Notes under the pieces: generated by a model | What the model was told of the DNA's origin: nothing | What the model saw: the letters and a program-made list of their open reading frames with translations, nothing else | Databases searched by the model: none | Shown here: positions 17,842 to 28,404 of the stretch, one piece after another | Layout: every line of letters starts with the position of its first letter | How positions within the stretch are numbered: the first letter of the stretch is position 1 | Made by a program: the position numbers and the translations under genes | Origin: a virus | DNA length: 64,000 bases | Direction: 5' to 3' (one strand) | Virus record (IMG/VR): IMGVR_UViG_3300021371_000009 | Location: 1 to 64,000 of that record

Positions 17842-19140
17842 TTATTTGCCCACTGTTCTGGAGATTGCAGAAACGTAGTCTTTCATCTCACTGGTTAAGT
17901 TGACTGCTTCTGTAAGTTCATCTACAGCAACCTCATCCTCTTCGATTGTTTTGGCAATCTTTGGAAAGTAACTCTCCTTGAGTGTTTCCAATTCTTTTGC
18001 AAATGATTCCTCATCTGAGAACTCAAGACCTTCTACAAGACCAGAGAACTTCTCTTTTTGAGTATCAGTCAAATCTTTTGCAGATTCCTCGATAGCAACT
18101 TGCTTCTTTGCTTCGTTTACCATCTTAGATGTTTCAGCATTTGCTTCGATTTGCTCATTGAGTTTTTGCTCAAGTTCTGCAATCTTGTCTTGCTGTTCTG
18201 CTACCACATCATACTTGTCTTCTGGAACATCAATGTAATGCTCTTCGAAAACTTTCTTCAGTGATACGATAAAGTCTTCTGTGATTTCAGACTTGAGACC
18301 ACGCTCAACAGCGAGTTCATTGTCTTTAGACCACTGCTCGACAACATATGAAAGATATGTGTCAACCTTATCTGTCAAATCTTCTGCAATCTTTGCAGTC
18401 TCTTCATCGATTTGTGTTTCGTAATGCTCTTCAAGTTCGACAATCTTATCAGCAACTTTAGAGTTTACTGCCGCTTCGAATACAGTCTTTGCTCTTGCTT
18501 TGAATTCGGCATCGAACTCACCGCCTTCAGTCAATGCATTTACGTCATCTGACATATCTACATCTTCTTTCTTCGCGGCGTATGATGACTTCATATAACC
18601 ATAAGATGCTTTCATATGCTTCATTTCTTTCATCTTATCGACTTGAGCATGAAGTTTTTTCTTCATCTCTTCCATTTCTTTGTCATCATCTTCGTCTTCA
18701 TCGTCATCGTCATCGGACTCGTCTTCGTCATCTTCCTCATCCATATCCTTTTCGCCATTTTTCTTTTTGGCGTCCATTGCTTTTTTGAGGGCAGGTGGCA
18801 TTTCGCCTTCCGCGACTTCTTCTTCAGAGACTACTTCTAGTTCTTCGTCTTCATCAGCATCTTCTTTAACTTTTGTAGCACCTGGTTTGATTTTCTGTTC
18901 GCCTTTGTTTGCTTCACCACCTGGAACTGCCGCTTTCTTGACTTTCTTAGTCATTTCAGCAGGACCATTCTTATCGTCTGGTGATACAACAGCGGCACCA
19001 GCATCTTCAACGCCATCAGCGTCTCCGTCGATTTTCTTCATTGGTTCAGCGGCAACACCCTTACCACCAGGAGCAGTTGCTTCGTGCATTGATGCTTCAA
19101 GCAATTCTTTAATTTTATCTTCTACAGACATGTTGGACAC
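17842..19140 (-). CDS. gp22: prohead core scaffold protein
   Basis: FKARAKTVFEAAV, VDTYLSYVVEQW, LKESYF; acidic low-complexity N-terminal half. Confidence 0.93.
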   Translation of the reverse strand: MSNMSVEDKIKELLEASMHEATAPGGKGVAAEPMKKIDGDADGVEDAGAAVVSPDDKNGPAEMTKKVKKAAVPGGEANKGEQKIKPGATKVKEDADEDEELEVVSEEEVAEGEMPPALKKAMDAKKKNGEKDMDEEDDEDESDDDDDEDEDDDKEMEEMKKKLHAQVDKMKEMKHMKASYGYMKSSYAAKKEDVDMSDDVNALTEGGEFDAEFKARAKTVFEAAVNSKVADKIVELEEHYETQIDEETAKIAEDLTDKVDTYLSYVVEQWSKDNELAVERGLKSEITEDFIVSLKKVFEEHYIDVPEDKYDVVAEQQDKIAELEQKLNEQIEANAETSKMVNEAKKQVAIEESAKDLTDTQKEKFSGLVEGLEFSDEESFAKELETLKESYFPKIAKTIEEDEVAVDELTEAVNLTSEMKDYVSAISRTVGK

Positions 19141-19171
19141 TCCTTATTTGTTTGTCTAATATTTATATGTT

Positions 19172-19834
19172 TTACAGTTTTGACAAGAAATTATTAAATG
19201 CATTTAACTTTGCTTCTTGTAAAGAATTAAGTTTTGCTTTAGCAATTTCTTGCTTATATCTTTCGATATTCACTTCTTTGATGATGCCATTATCCCAAAT
19301 CCATTCTGCGCCTTCCATGATGCCATTTACGAAAGCATCAGGAGCAGATGGGTCTGCAACAATGTCGGCGGCGGTTGCAAGATAAAAATCACCTTGCACT
19401 TCTTGGGCACCTGAACGACCCGCTTTAAGCGAACCCATTCCCCTAGAAGATACCCCCAATGTAGCGCCCTCATCCATCAAATTCTTAACAATCTTACCGT
19501 ATGGAGTATCCATAATTTTTGCTTTGCCCATGACATTAGAACCATCCATTGACAATTCTGTAATCATGTGCGATACTCTTTCAAGATTGATTGTCGGACC
19601 ATCAGGATGACCCAACTCACCAAACGCACGTTTGCGGTCGATATTTTCTTTTGTATATCTCTTAACTTCAGTTTCCATAACTGACTTCGGATATACTCGA
19701 CCGTTTCTATTCTTGAGGTCGGATTGCATAAACACGCCCTCAATGAAATATTGTTTTGCGCCACCCTTCTCTTCTACGAGAAAGTTAGCGTCTGAAATTT
19801 CTTCTCTAATCAGTTTCATGTTAGATACCTGCAT
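19172..19834 (-). CDS. gp21: prohead protease
   Basis: NRNGRVYP, GELGHP, GVSSRGMGS, DIVADPSAPDAFV. Confidence 0.97.
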   Translation of the reverse strand: MQVSNMKLIREEISDANFLVEEKGGAKQYFIEGVFMQSDLKNRNGRVYPKSVMETEVKRYTKENIDRKRAFGELGHPDGPTINLERVSHMITELSMDGSNVMGKAKIMDTPYGKIVKNLMDEGATLGVSSRGMGSLKAGRSGAQEVQGDFYLATAADIVADPSAPDAFVNGIMEGAEWIWDNGIIKEVNIERYKQEIAKAKLNSLQEAKLNAFNNFLSKL

Positions 19835-20177
19835 AACCTGTTAATTTTTTAAGCACTAGAACTGCGGTGCCGCCTGTTGTGATAGTCACTTTAATATCTT
19901 CATCACTATCTGTAACTTCTAGTGCAGGTAAAATCCAATGACCTGATGTACCAGTTGCACCGCTATCAAATTTTACAGTTCCGGTTGTAGCACTCTCAAT
20001 AACTACATCTCCTGACCAGTAGATTTCTTTAATACCAACTGTAGGTGATGAAGCAGTTTGGTTTGTCACAAGAAATGAAGCACCATCAATATCGATAGTA
20101 GTATTTCCCGCTCCTCCTGTCACACTGACTACATTAGTCGTTTTGGTGACCTTTAGAAATTGTTGACCTATTGCCAT
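19821..20177 (-). CDS. small beta-rich virion protein, paralog of 28405-28776
   Basis: Late promoter at 20203; C-terminal GTAVLVLKKLTGY matches GTVTITLKKVSGF. Confidence 0.65.
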   Translation of the reverse strand: MAIGQQFLKVTKTTNVVSVTGGAGNTTIDIDGASFLVTNQTASSPTVGIKEIYWSGDVVIESATTGTVKFDSGATGTSGHWILPALEVTDSDEDIKVTITTGGTAVLVLKKLTGYAGI

Positions 20178-20215
20178 TGCTTATACCCTTTTTACTTACT
20201 TATATTTATAAAAGT

Positions 20216-21778
20216 TTAATCTTCGTTTTTTGCCATCTTAGTAATAGTAGCATAAAAAACTGCTTTACCCTTTTCTTCACCATATCTATCGGTGAAGTCT
20301 TTCATAGGCACTTCTTTTTCCAACTTCTTCATCTTATCTTTTTCTGCAGTTGTTAGTTCTCTTTCAGAAAAATCTTTTAAACTTAAATCTTCATTTTGTC
20401 TGCGTAGAACAGCGGCAACTTGCTTGTCTTTTGAAAGACCTCTTGCAATCTTTTCAATTGCTTTTACTGCACCTGTCATGTTACCACCTTTGTAACGCTT
20501 GTCAGATGCTACACCAATCGCCATCTTTCTTTGCTTCGGTGTAAATCTTTCATCAAGTTCTTCTTCTTCTTTGAGTTGTGACTTATCTACTTTGTCACCA
20601 ATTGCTTGTGCAGTTTTTAATCTTGCCATTTTTAGTGGTGCAACATCTTTAAAACGCTTTTCAAGACTTCTGCGATCCAATCTCAAATCTCTCTCATCAC
20701 TACCCATTGAATAGATTTTCATATCTGTTCCAACAAGAGCATATCTCATCTTTGGTGCTTCATCAAGTTCAACTTCTTCTGGGATAACTCTCATGTTACC
20801 AGAAATGTAAGCAGGATGCATCTTCAATGCTCTCTGAGCATCTTTCTCATCGTTGCTGTCAACATAAACTTTAACTGTTTTCTTTGCGCTATCAGCATCT
20901 ACACGAAACTTAATACGACCCATCTTCTGAGCAATCTCTTTACCAATACCATCGCCCATCATTCTGTTGAAGATTTTTTGTTTCTTAGGGTCTTTGAAGT
21001 TACCATCTTTGTCGAATAGTTTTGCAAGATGTGGGGGTAGACCTGCTTCGATAAGTTCTACACTCTCTTTCATCAACTCTTTAACTGATTTCAAATCAAG
21101 TTTAAGTGCTTTAGCAATTTGTTCTGCAGTCTTTCCAGAATCCATCATCATATGAAACTGCTTCATTTTACCTTCGTTGATATCATCATCAAAGTACTCA
21201 TTGATTTTTAGTTGTTTAACTGCGTTATCGAAATCTCTTTTTGATTTAGCAAGTACTGTTTGTAATTGCATTTTTGATGCTGGTTTTAGACCTTGATACA
21301 TTGTAAGTAACTTATCAGCAACTTTAGGATCAACCTTTGCTTTTTTACCATCAGCAAACTCAATAGGTTTCATACCTCTAAGTGATACTGCTTTTCTTAA
21401 CTGCATCATAATATTTTTGTCTGCCGCTTTTCTATCATCGTCAGTGGCAGTGTTATCGATGTCTGCGGCGTCTTTACCTGTTCTTCGACCCATTGCTTTA
21501 AACGCATCACGCTTTGCACGATTTTCTTGCAACTCTTCACCCACAAGTTTCAAGTAATCATTAATAATTTTGTCTGTATCTTTTTCACTACGATATGAAC
21601 CGGCATACTTTTCTTTATCAAAGTATACAAAGTACTTACCACCTTTTGTAGTAACAGTAACTTCGATGTTCTTCTTACGACCTACTTTCTCGGTCTTTAC
21701 TATCTTTTCGCCACTGTCTACTTTGACTTTTTCAGCGAGGTTGATAGTCTGTTTTAATTGGGTGAATGTTACAGACAT
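20216..21778 (-). CDS. large basic protein in the prohead-core (gp68) slot, probable internal head protein
   Basis: Between gp20 and gp21; repeated (I/L)xE motifs resembling gp21 cleavage sites. Confidence 0.6.
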   Translation of the reverse strand: MSVTFTQLKQTINLAEKVKVDSGEKIVKTEKVGRKKNIEVTVTTKGGKYFVYFDKEKYAGSYRSEKDTDKIINDYLKLVGEELQENRAKRDAFKAMGRRTGKDAADIDNTATDDDRKAADKNIMMQLRKAVSLRGMKPIEFADGKKAKVDPKVADKLLTMYQGLKPASKMQLQTVLAKSKRDFDNAVKQLKINEYFDDDINEGKMKQFHMMMDSGKTAEQIAKALKLDLKSVKELMKESVELIEAGLPPHLAKLFDKDGNFKDPKKQKIFNRMMGDGIGKEIAQKMGRIKFRVDADSAKKTVKVYVDSNDEKDAQRALKMHPAYISGNMRVIPEEVELDEAPKMRYALVGTDMKIYSMGSDERDLRLDRRSLEKRFKDVAPLKMARLKTAQAIGDKVDKSQLKEEEELDERFTPKQRKMAIGVASDKRYKGGNMTGAVKAIEKIARGLSKDKQVAAVLRRQNEDLSLKDFSERELTTAEKDKMKKLEKEVPMKDFTDRYGEEKGKAVFYATITKMAKNED

Positions 21779-21784
21779 TTTTTA

Positions 21785-21964
21785 CTACTCCGTTGTTTCG
21801 ATTTCTAGTTCACCTTTATCGTTAAAAAGTGTTTTAGCAAATGTTTCTTTTGCTGTTGCTAATTCATGCGCTACTTTATCATTCATTACTGATTGAAATT
21901 TAACTTCAGCATTTACAAAATCTTTGTTGTTAATATCGTTAATCATTGCGTTAATTTTACTCAT
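21785..21964 (-). CDS. 59-aa prohead core protein, gp67-like (not in ORF track)
   Basis: MSKINAMINDINNKDFVNAEVKFQSVMNDKVAHELATAKETFAKTLF..., TAATG-coupled to gp20. Confidence 0.75.
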   Translation of the reverse strand: MSKINAMINDINNKDFVNAEVKFQSVMNDKVAHELATAKETFAKTLFNDKGELEIETTE

Positions 21965-23478
21965 TAGAATTGATCCTCTTCTTCACCGTCTTCTCCGCCA
22001 GATGCTTCCGCTTCTGCTTCTATTTCACTATTTATCTGCTCAATATCATCATCATTTTGCTTGAGAATATTCTTACGAATCCACAAGTTACTATAATATT
22101 GACCAGCATATTCAGCGGCATCTCGTACTAAAGCAAGACGTTCTCTTAATATTTCTTGGTCTTTCAGTTCTGTGAACTGATTATCTTTTACATAATCATA
22201 ACGAATATCTTCTTTCATAAGTTCCCAGTCTTCTTCAGTTATAACGCCTTTAAGCAATAACTGTGTGCGTAATAAGTCTTGAAATAGTTCATTGAACTTC
22301 TTACGCAATCTACCTACAAACTTAGTAAACTTCAATTCATCACGATTAATCTCTGTTGCTCGACCTAACTGAAAACCACTTTCAGGTTGCATACGAGACT
22401 GAGGTACATTGAGTGCTAAGAACATCTTCTTCTTAAAATACTCAATATCTTCAATCTCACCGAGGTTTTGACCACCACCTAGTGTAGTAATCTCTGTACC
22501 TCTACCACCTTCTCTGCGAGGCATCCAGAAGTCTTCTAGCATGTTCATAAACTTACGGTCGTCTTTTACTTCACCTGTATCACCATCATAAACTAACTTA
22601 TTCTTAAAGTTATTCATAATGTCTTTTAGATACTGTTCTGCTTTCTGCTTAGGTAAGTTACCAACATCTACATAAAATACTCTACGCTCAGGTGCCCTTG
22701 CAATACGATAGATAACAAGAGCATCTTCCATCATACGCAACTGATTGACTGGTTTGATTGCTTTGTGTAAATAACCCACAACCATATTGTTATTCATATC
22801 AGTCATACCAGAAGGCACATATGTTACGCTATCTTTAGTGAGAGCAATTGCATTTGCAGTTTTCATCTGCGTTACATTTGTCGCCACCGATCCTTCAGTG
22901 TATAGGAAGTATTCTTTAATCTTTTTAATACCACTGACGCCCTTTGTAATTTCTTGCTGTTCGTCTTTAATAACTTCACGAACAAATTTTATTGAACGAG
23001 GGTCGACAATTCTGAGTTTTTGTATGCCTTCTTTTGGATTACTGCTATCAACTACTTTATGAAAATATAGTCTTCCATCAATATACCAACGCTTAAATAG
23101 TTCATGAGACCTCTTATTGAAGTCAAGCATTCTTAGAACTTGTTTAAACTCTTCATTAATTTTCTTTTTAATAGATGATGAAACCTGCACATCGTCTAAA
23201 GTTATAGATACTTGCCTATCGCTGTCAGATACGATTGCTTCATTGATAATATCATCAATCGCCGCTTCGCATTCTGGGTGCATAGAAATTTCACGATACT
23301 TCTTAATTAAGTCGTATTCGTTCTTTGCTCTATAATCTTGATTAACAAATGTGCCATACGCGCCACCAGAAACAGTAGACACGCCATCGTCTGGAGAAGG
23401 AAGAATTATATCCTGCTTTGGTAAATTCTTCTCTCCTCCATTACGACTGATTTCAAATCCGAATAGTTTTACTGCCAT
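21964..23478 (-). CDS. gp20: portal vertex protein
   Basis: WYIDGRLY, YRIARAPERRVFYVDVGNLPK, EDFWMPRREGGRGTEITTL. Confidence 0.98.
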   Translation of the reverse strand: MAVKLFGFEISRNGGEKNLPKQDIILPSPDDGVSTVSGGAYGTFVNQDYRAKNEYDLIKKYREISMHPECEAAIDDIINEAIVSDSDRQVSITLDDVQVSSSIKKKINEEFKQVLRMLDFNKRSHELFKRWYIDGRLYFHKVVDSSNPKEGIQKLRIVDPRSIKFVREVIKDEQQEITKGVSGIKKIKEYFLYTEGSVATNVTQMKTANAIALTKDSVTYVPSGMTDMNNNMVVGYLHKAIKPVNQLRMMEDALVIYRIARAPERRVFYVDVGNLPKQKAEQYLKDIMNNFKNKLVYDGDTGEVKDDRKFMNMLEDFWMPRREGGRGTEITTLGGGQNLGEIEDIEYFKKKMFLALNVPQSRMQPESGFQLGRATEINRDELKFTKFVGRLRKKFNELFQDLLRTQLLLKGVITEEDWELMKEDIRYDYVKDNQFTELKDQEILRERLALVRDAAEYAGQYYSNLWIRKNILKQNDDDIEQINSEIEAEAEASGGEDGEEEDQF

Positions 23479-23519
23479 ATTTTCTCCACCTAAACATTAT
23501 ACCATTATCTTGAAAGTTA

Positions 23520-24089
23520 TTAAGCAGTTGTATCTGCGGTTGTTACACCACCGAAACGACCACCAAGACTTTCAAAGAACTGGTAAGTAAATTCACAAGT
23601 AAACTCTGCAATTGCATCGTTTGTTCCAAAGTCTAGAGCAATCTCACCAATGTTGGTTGGATATGCGTCTTTGATTATATATGACTTGAGAACATCATCA
23701 TTTCTGTCTAGATGGTCAACTCGTAAATCAACGAGATATTCACTAGGCAGGACTCTACCTCGATTAGTTACTACGTTGTTGATACCATTCTGCCAGATTT
23801 CAAAGGCATCGCGGATTGCGAATGATGTGTCATTGTACACTGTTACAGTCCATGGAGTGAAAGTTCTTTCACCACCAAAGTTTACAACACGACCCCTATA
23901 GTTGACTGGAGTGTTACCGATTGTTGAACCAGGAAGTGCGGCGCCTCGGCAGAGAAATTCTGCATCTCTGCCTGCTACGCCCGCTACTGCTCCAGAAACG
24001 TATTCTGGAAATGATAGCGTTACTCTGAACTGGTTTGCTCTCGCACCCCCACCAATCATACGGGATTTAAAGTCTGAAATTGTTGCCAT
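23520..24089 (-). CDS. gp19: tail tube protein
   Basis: GGGARANQF, GERTFTPWTVTVYND, AYPTNIGEIALD. Confidence 0.96.
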   Translation of the reverse strand: MATISDFKSRMIGGGARANQFRVTLSFPEYVSGAVAGVAGRDAEFLCRGAALPGSTIGNTPVNYRGRVVNFGGERTFTPWTVTVYNDTSFAIRDAFEIWQNGINNVVTNRGRVLPSEYLVDLRVDHLDRNDDVLKSYIIKDAYPTNIGEIALDFGTNDAIAEFTCEFTYQFFESLGGRFGGVTTADTTA

Positions 24090-24123
24090 TTTTATATGCT
24101 CCTATTATCTTACTATTTATCCC

Positions 24124-26040
24124 TTATACACCAGTCTCTTCAAAAGAGATACCAGTTCTTGTTGCTACGAATGTAAGCGTGATAAAGTTAATTGACCTTG
24201 CAGGTTTAATAAAGATATCTGCTCTAAACTCGTTTGCATCAATGACTGCAGGAGTATTATTAGTTTCGTCACAAACAACTTTAAAATCAAAGATGCCTCT
24301 GCGACCTTGAATATCTCTCAAGAACGGTTCGACTAGATTTCTAAAGTTTGCTCTAGTGAAAGTGTCGTTGAATTCAAACAACTGAAACTTCGCCGCTGTA
24401 GCAATTGCTTTTTCTAGAATGATGAACAATCTACGAACATTAATTCTATCAAATGCACTTGGTGCAGTCAGCATAGTTTTATCACCAAAGAGTGTGATGC
24501 CTTGTCCAGGGAATGCTACAACTGGATTAACTTGCTTTCTATAGAGGGAATCTCTATCTGCTTTATCTGGTGAGAATGCGACTTTTACTGCATTCTTAAT
24601 CTGCCCACGGTTAAAACCAGCAGGTGAGAAGAATGGATCAGCAACTAAGTCAGTTCTTACACAGCATCCAGCAACATCAGCATTCAAAGGAATCCAACGA
24701 TATACATCGTTGTATCTGTCGTACTGATATTTCCAACCACTATCCATTACTGCGAATGAAGAGTTGATATTTGCCGAATTATCTCTAAAGTCTACAATAT
24801 CTGTTGCGGCAGTTGTTGAAGTTGCATCAGCAAGTTCTGGTGATAAGAATACCATACAGTCTTTTCTGATTTCAGCAACATTGTCTACAACGTATTTTGC
24901 TGTCGCTCCGTTTGCAGGTCCCATGACAATAAGAGAGATATCGAATTGCTCATCGTTTGCAAATTTAGCATATGCAGTCTGTAGTTCTCCTGCACTAGGA
25001 GCGGCACCATTTGCGGCACCTGACAGAGAAACGTACTGTGGTTCTCTACTTGTGTGTGCAAAAGCATTACTCAAAATACCTGTCCCTGTACCTACGTCAC
25101 TATCAAAGTTTGAACCGTGGTCACCGAACCAGAGATAATTTGAATACTGATTAATATGCTCTACATAATAGTTTACTGTTCCATCTGACTTCTTTGCATC
25201 AGTTGCGACAGATAAATTTGAGAACTTTTCAAGTATTGTGTTTGCAGTTCCAGTAATATCTCCATCTTCATCGATGACGATTACATGAAGTTCATCATTA
25301 GAACCGCCTCTTGCTGTTGCTTGTGCAGATGTTCCTGGTGCATTATCGAATTCTGCATGATAGTACCACTTGACAGTTACATTAACAGGTGTAACTGTTC
25401 CATCAACTGCAGTAGTTAGACCAGTAGTCTTACCCTTTTCGTTGATAGTCAAGGTATTTGTTGATACTGCTGTTACTTCATATTCAGTATTGTGTCCAGC
25501 AAATACAATCAAGTCTCCTACAAAGATAGTTGCCGCAGATACAACTGTTACTGATGTTGCTCCTAACGCATTAGAGGTTACACATGTAGTAGTATTAGTA
25601 CTTGTGTAAGCACCTGCAGTGTGACATACTGATACTTTAAGTGAGTTACCCAAAGTACCTGGATACTTTGCCGCCCAATCGCCAACTCCTGTTGCGACTG
25701 CAGAAGCACCTAGATTATCGTATTGTGTTTCGTTTTTAATTAAGAATCCTGAACCGTCTTGTGTCGCGTTCAGCATACTTGCCTTTTCTGCTCTAATAAC
25801 TTGAAGATTAGAACCATAACTCAGAAAGTTTGCCGCAGAGAAGAAATATTCGTATGTATCAGCATTAGGTTCACCGAAAACGGAAACCAATTCATTTTCT
25901 GAAGATACATTGATTACATCGTCTACAGGTCCCCACTGAAAGTTGCCCGCATATGCTCCCGGTGAGGTTGCTACTGCTGGCACAACCTGTGTTAAGTCCA
26001 CTTCACGAACTAGAACGCCTGGTGAAATTTGAAATGCCAT
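24124..26040 (-). CDS. gp18: tail sheath protein
   Basis: SPGVLVREVD, FSPAGFNRG, FDRINVRRLF, IKPARSINFI; start set at MAFQ (26040) after GGAG RBS. Confidence 0.98.
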   Translation of the reverse strand: MAFQISPGVLVREVDLTQVVPAVATSPGAYAGNFQWGPVDDVINVSSENELVSVFGEPNADTYEYFFSAANFLSYGSNLQVIRAEKASMLNATQDGSGFLIKNETQYDNLGASAVATGVGDWAAKYPGTLGNSLKVSVCHTAGAYTSTNTTTCVTSNALGATSVTVVSAATIFVGDLIVFAGHNTEYEVTAVSTNTLTINEKGKTTGLTTAVDGTVTPVNVTVKWYYHAEFDNAPGTSAQATARGGSNDELHVIVIDEDGDITGTANTILEKFSNLSVATDAKKSDGTVNYYVEHINQYSNYLWFGDHGSNFDSDVGTGTGILSNAFAHTSREPQYVSLSGAANGAAPSAGELQTAYAKFANDEQFDISLIVMGPANGATAKYVVDNVAEIRKDCMVFLSPELADATSTTAATDIVDFRDNSANINSSFAVMDSGWKYQYDRYNDVYRWIPLNADVAGCCVRTDLVADPFFSPAGFNRGQIKNAVKVAFSPDKADRDSLYRKQVNPVVAFPGQGITLFGDKTMLTAPSAFDRINVRRLFIILEKAIATAAKFQLFEFNDTFTRANFRNLVEPFLRDIQGRRGIFDFKVVCDETNNTPAVIDANEFRADIFIKPARSINFITLTFVATRTGISFEETGV

Positions 26041-26100
26041 GTTATTTACTCCCGTATTTAAAATCAAAGGTTTTAGTCATTTACGATAATATTTATAAGT

Positions 26101-27726
26101 TTACCAATTTGTACTATCGACTACAACCCATCTGTCACCATCTGCATCGACAAAGGATTCGGCACCAGCGCCTTCTTCTTGACTTACAAAACCAAATGGT
26201 GTTAATTCATCTTCTATTGCTTGCATTTTCTCTTTATATAATTTTTGTCGTATATCATTCTCGGTTAATTCTTTGAAATACGGTTGTCCACTTAACCATG
26301 CAAACATCACCAAGCACATTGCTAAATCATCGTGACTACCTTCTTCTGCTTCGTAAGAACCTTTTCTTGCTACAAAAGTAGATAGTTCGTTGATAATATC
26401 GAAATCTTGAATTATCAACTTGTTTTCTTCTATTAGATTTTTGAGATTACTACAACCCAATCTTTTGAGTTGACCCGTAGTTCTAGCACCTAATGTGGTG
26501 CCTCCTCCAAAACCTCCTCCTAAAACTTGTCCTGCTCTACCTTTCCATGTGGTAGATAATAAGTTTTCGTATTCTATATCATTATTTAGAATATCCGCGA
26601 CTTGTTGACCTATATCATTTATCTCAACAAGTATATATGCATCGTTATAATGAGAACACATTCTATTAATAACAGTTGGATACATTAAAGGTGAAATTTC
26701 ATTTGAACGATACTTACATACAACTTTAAAAGGCATCTTTGTTACATCTAGTATCACAAACGCACTGTAGTCGATTCCTACGCCCCTTGAGACATCAACT
26801 GTGCAAATATATGTGTTACCTTCTTGTGCTTTTTCATATACTGTTACACCTTCTTTATCATATTCGGGTTGCTTGTATGCCATATTACGCAATGAATTAG
26901 GGTTGATAAGTGTATTACTTGACCCTAAGAACTGACATTCAAATTCTTGATCCCACTGTTCTTGAGAAGTATTTTTAATCGTTTCTTCTTTAAAGCGAAT
27001 ACCACGACCAGGAATATCATTCCACTCAACTTCAATAGTTGCATAATTACTACGTTTCTCTTCAGCATCAACCCACATCTTATAAAAATGGTTCATACCT
27101 TTAGGTGTAGAAACAACCATCACTTTTGTATTTTTACCAGAAGTAATTGTGGGATATACTGACCTAAAAAACTCTTCTGCTAGATTATTTGGAACGAATG
27201 CAAATTCGTCTAGAAATACTAGATTGAATGAACCACCACGAACCGCGCTAGATGATGTTGATGATGCAATAATTTTACTGTCATTCTCTAATACAATAGA
27301 ACCTTTGTTCCATTCCTTGATACCTTGCTGTAAGTAAGGCGGAAGTGCTTCATACGACATATGAATTTTTGCAAGCAAATCTCTTGCAAGGGAACCTTTG
27401 TTCGCAAGAATAGCACAGTTTACTGTTGGATTGAATAACGCAAACCACAGAATGTATGAACACACAGTAGTTGATTTACCTGACTGTCTAGGAATTTTAC
27501 ATATAGAAAATCTGTTCTTATGAAATGTTTTAATCATCTTCTTTTGAAACGAATACATTTCAAAAGGAATAAAACCTTCATCCAGATTAACAATCTTAAT
27601 ATACCTTTCGATAAAATATGATGGGTCCTTAGAACACTTTACATACTCTTCGATTTGTTCTGCAGTAAACTCTTGCTGAACATTAGTTTTTTTAAGATTA
27701 GGATTTCCTAAATAATTATCACTCAT
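26101..27726 (-). CDS. gp17: terminase large subunit
   Basis: YLGNPNLK, PRQSGKST, FLDEFAF, HDDLAM. Confidence 0.98.
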   Translation of the reverse strand: MSDNYLGNPNLKKTNVQQEFTAEQIEEYVKCSKDPSYFIERYIKIVNLDEGFIPFEMYSFQKKMIKTFHKNRFSICKIPRQSGKSTTVCSYILWFALFNPTVNCAILANKGSLARDLLAKIHMSYEALPPYLQQGIKEWNKGSIVLENDSKIIASSTSSSAVRGGSFNLVFLDEFAFVPNNLAEEFFRSVYPTITSGKNTKVMVVSTPKGMNHFYKMWVDAEEKRSNYATIEVEWNDIPGRGIRFKEETIKNTSQEQWDQEFECQFLGSSNTLINPNSLRNMAYKQPEYDKEGVTVYEKAQEGNTYICTVDVSRGVGIDYSAFVILDVTKMPFKVVCKYRSNEISPLMYPTVINRMCSHYNDAYILVEINDIGQQVADILNNDIEYENLLSTTWKGRAGQVLGGGFGGGTTLGARTTGQLKRLGCSNLKNLIEENKLIIQDFDIINELSTFVARKGSYEAEEGSHDDLAMCLVMFAWLSGQPYFKELTENDIRQKLYKEKMQAIEDELTPFGFVSQEEGAGAESFVDADGDRWVVVDSTNW

Positions 27727-27976
27727 TTACAATTTTCTGTAATACTACTTCAAACTGGTCAATCTTCAGTGTACGATTAGGCCAGTAGATATAATCTTTC
27801 TCTGGATTTGCTTTTAAATTATTTAACAAAGGAATAACTGCATCATGCAGTTTCTTTACTTTTCCTTGTAGTTTTTGAACCTCTTCTGATGAAGATGTAG
27901 CAGTTTGTGCAAGTTGCTGTACTGCTTCTAATTCATTTTCATCAACTGCGGTAAAACCAAAATCAAAATCACTCAT
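27719..27976 (-). CDS. conserved hypothetical protein
   Basis: FDFGFTAVDE...PLLNNLKANPEKDYIYWPNR; overlaps gp16 and gp17. Confidence 0.75.
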   Translation of the reverse strand: MSDFDFGFTAVDENELEAVQQLAQTATSSSEEVQKLQGKVKKLHDAVIPLLNNLKANPEKDYIYWPNRTLKIDQFEVVLQKIVNE

Positions 27977-28394
27977 GGTCGATTACCTTCTCTTCTTTCT
28001 CACCTTTAATCAACTTTTGCAATTCTGCAGTTGAACCAACGAACAATGCATTTGTTACGTTTTGTGGTGCTTTTTCATCTACTTTATTTAAGTCTTTCAT
28101 ATTTTTCTGTAGTCTCATCAAATCTTGAGTTACATCACTAACTGTTTTAATTAATTGACCTGCTACTTCATATGAACGAGGGTTTTCTGCTTCTCTTGCT
28201 AATTGAAGAATACCTTCGATTGCTGTATTACCCTTTTCGATGAGCATATGAAAGTTTTGTCGTGCAATTTCATAGTCTGCATCTGCATCTGCTTTATTGG
28301 GGTCAGGTGCTGGTAGATGGTCAGATGCTTGAACTTCTGTCGGCAACTGTTCTGCTATATCAAATACTCGATTTAATTTTTCATCAATACTCAT
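27969..28394 (-). CDS. gp16: terminase small subunit
   Basis: DYEIARQN, PRSYEVAGQLIK, NALFVGSTAELQK. Confidence 0.93.
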   Translation of the reverse strand: MSIDEKLNRVFDIAEQLPTEVQASDHLPAPDPNKADADADYEIARQNFHMLIEKGNTAIEGILQLAREAENPRSYEVAGQLIKTVSDVTQDLMRLQKNMKDLNKVDEKAPQNVTNALFVGSTAELQKLIKGEKEEKVIDHE

Positions 28395-28404
28395 ATCACA
28401 CTCC

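Noticed and set aside
18680-19159. 159-aa poly-Ser ORF on the plus strand
   Set aside because: Antisense shadow of the Asp/Glu-rich stretch of gp22; no RBS or promoter.
8482-27726. Introns, inteins or homing endonucleases in gp46, uvsW, gp20, gp23 or gp17
   Set aside because: All are uninterrupted and of normal length, with no splicing or endonuclease motifs.
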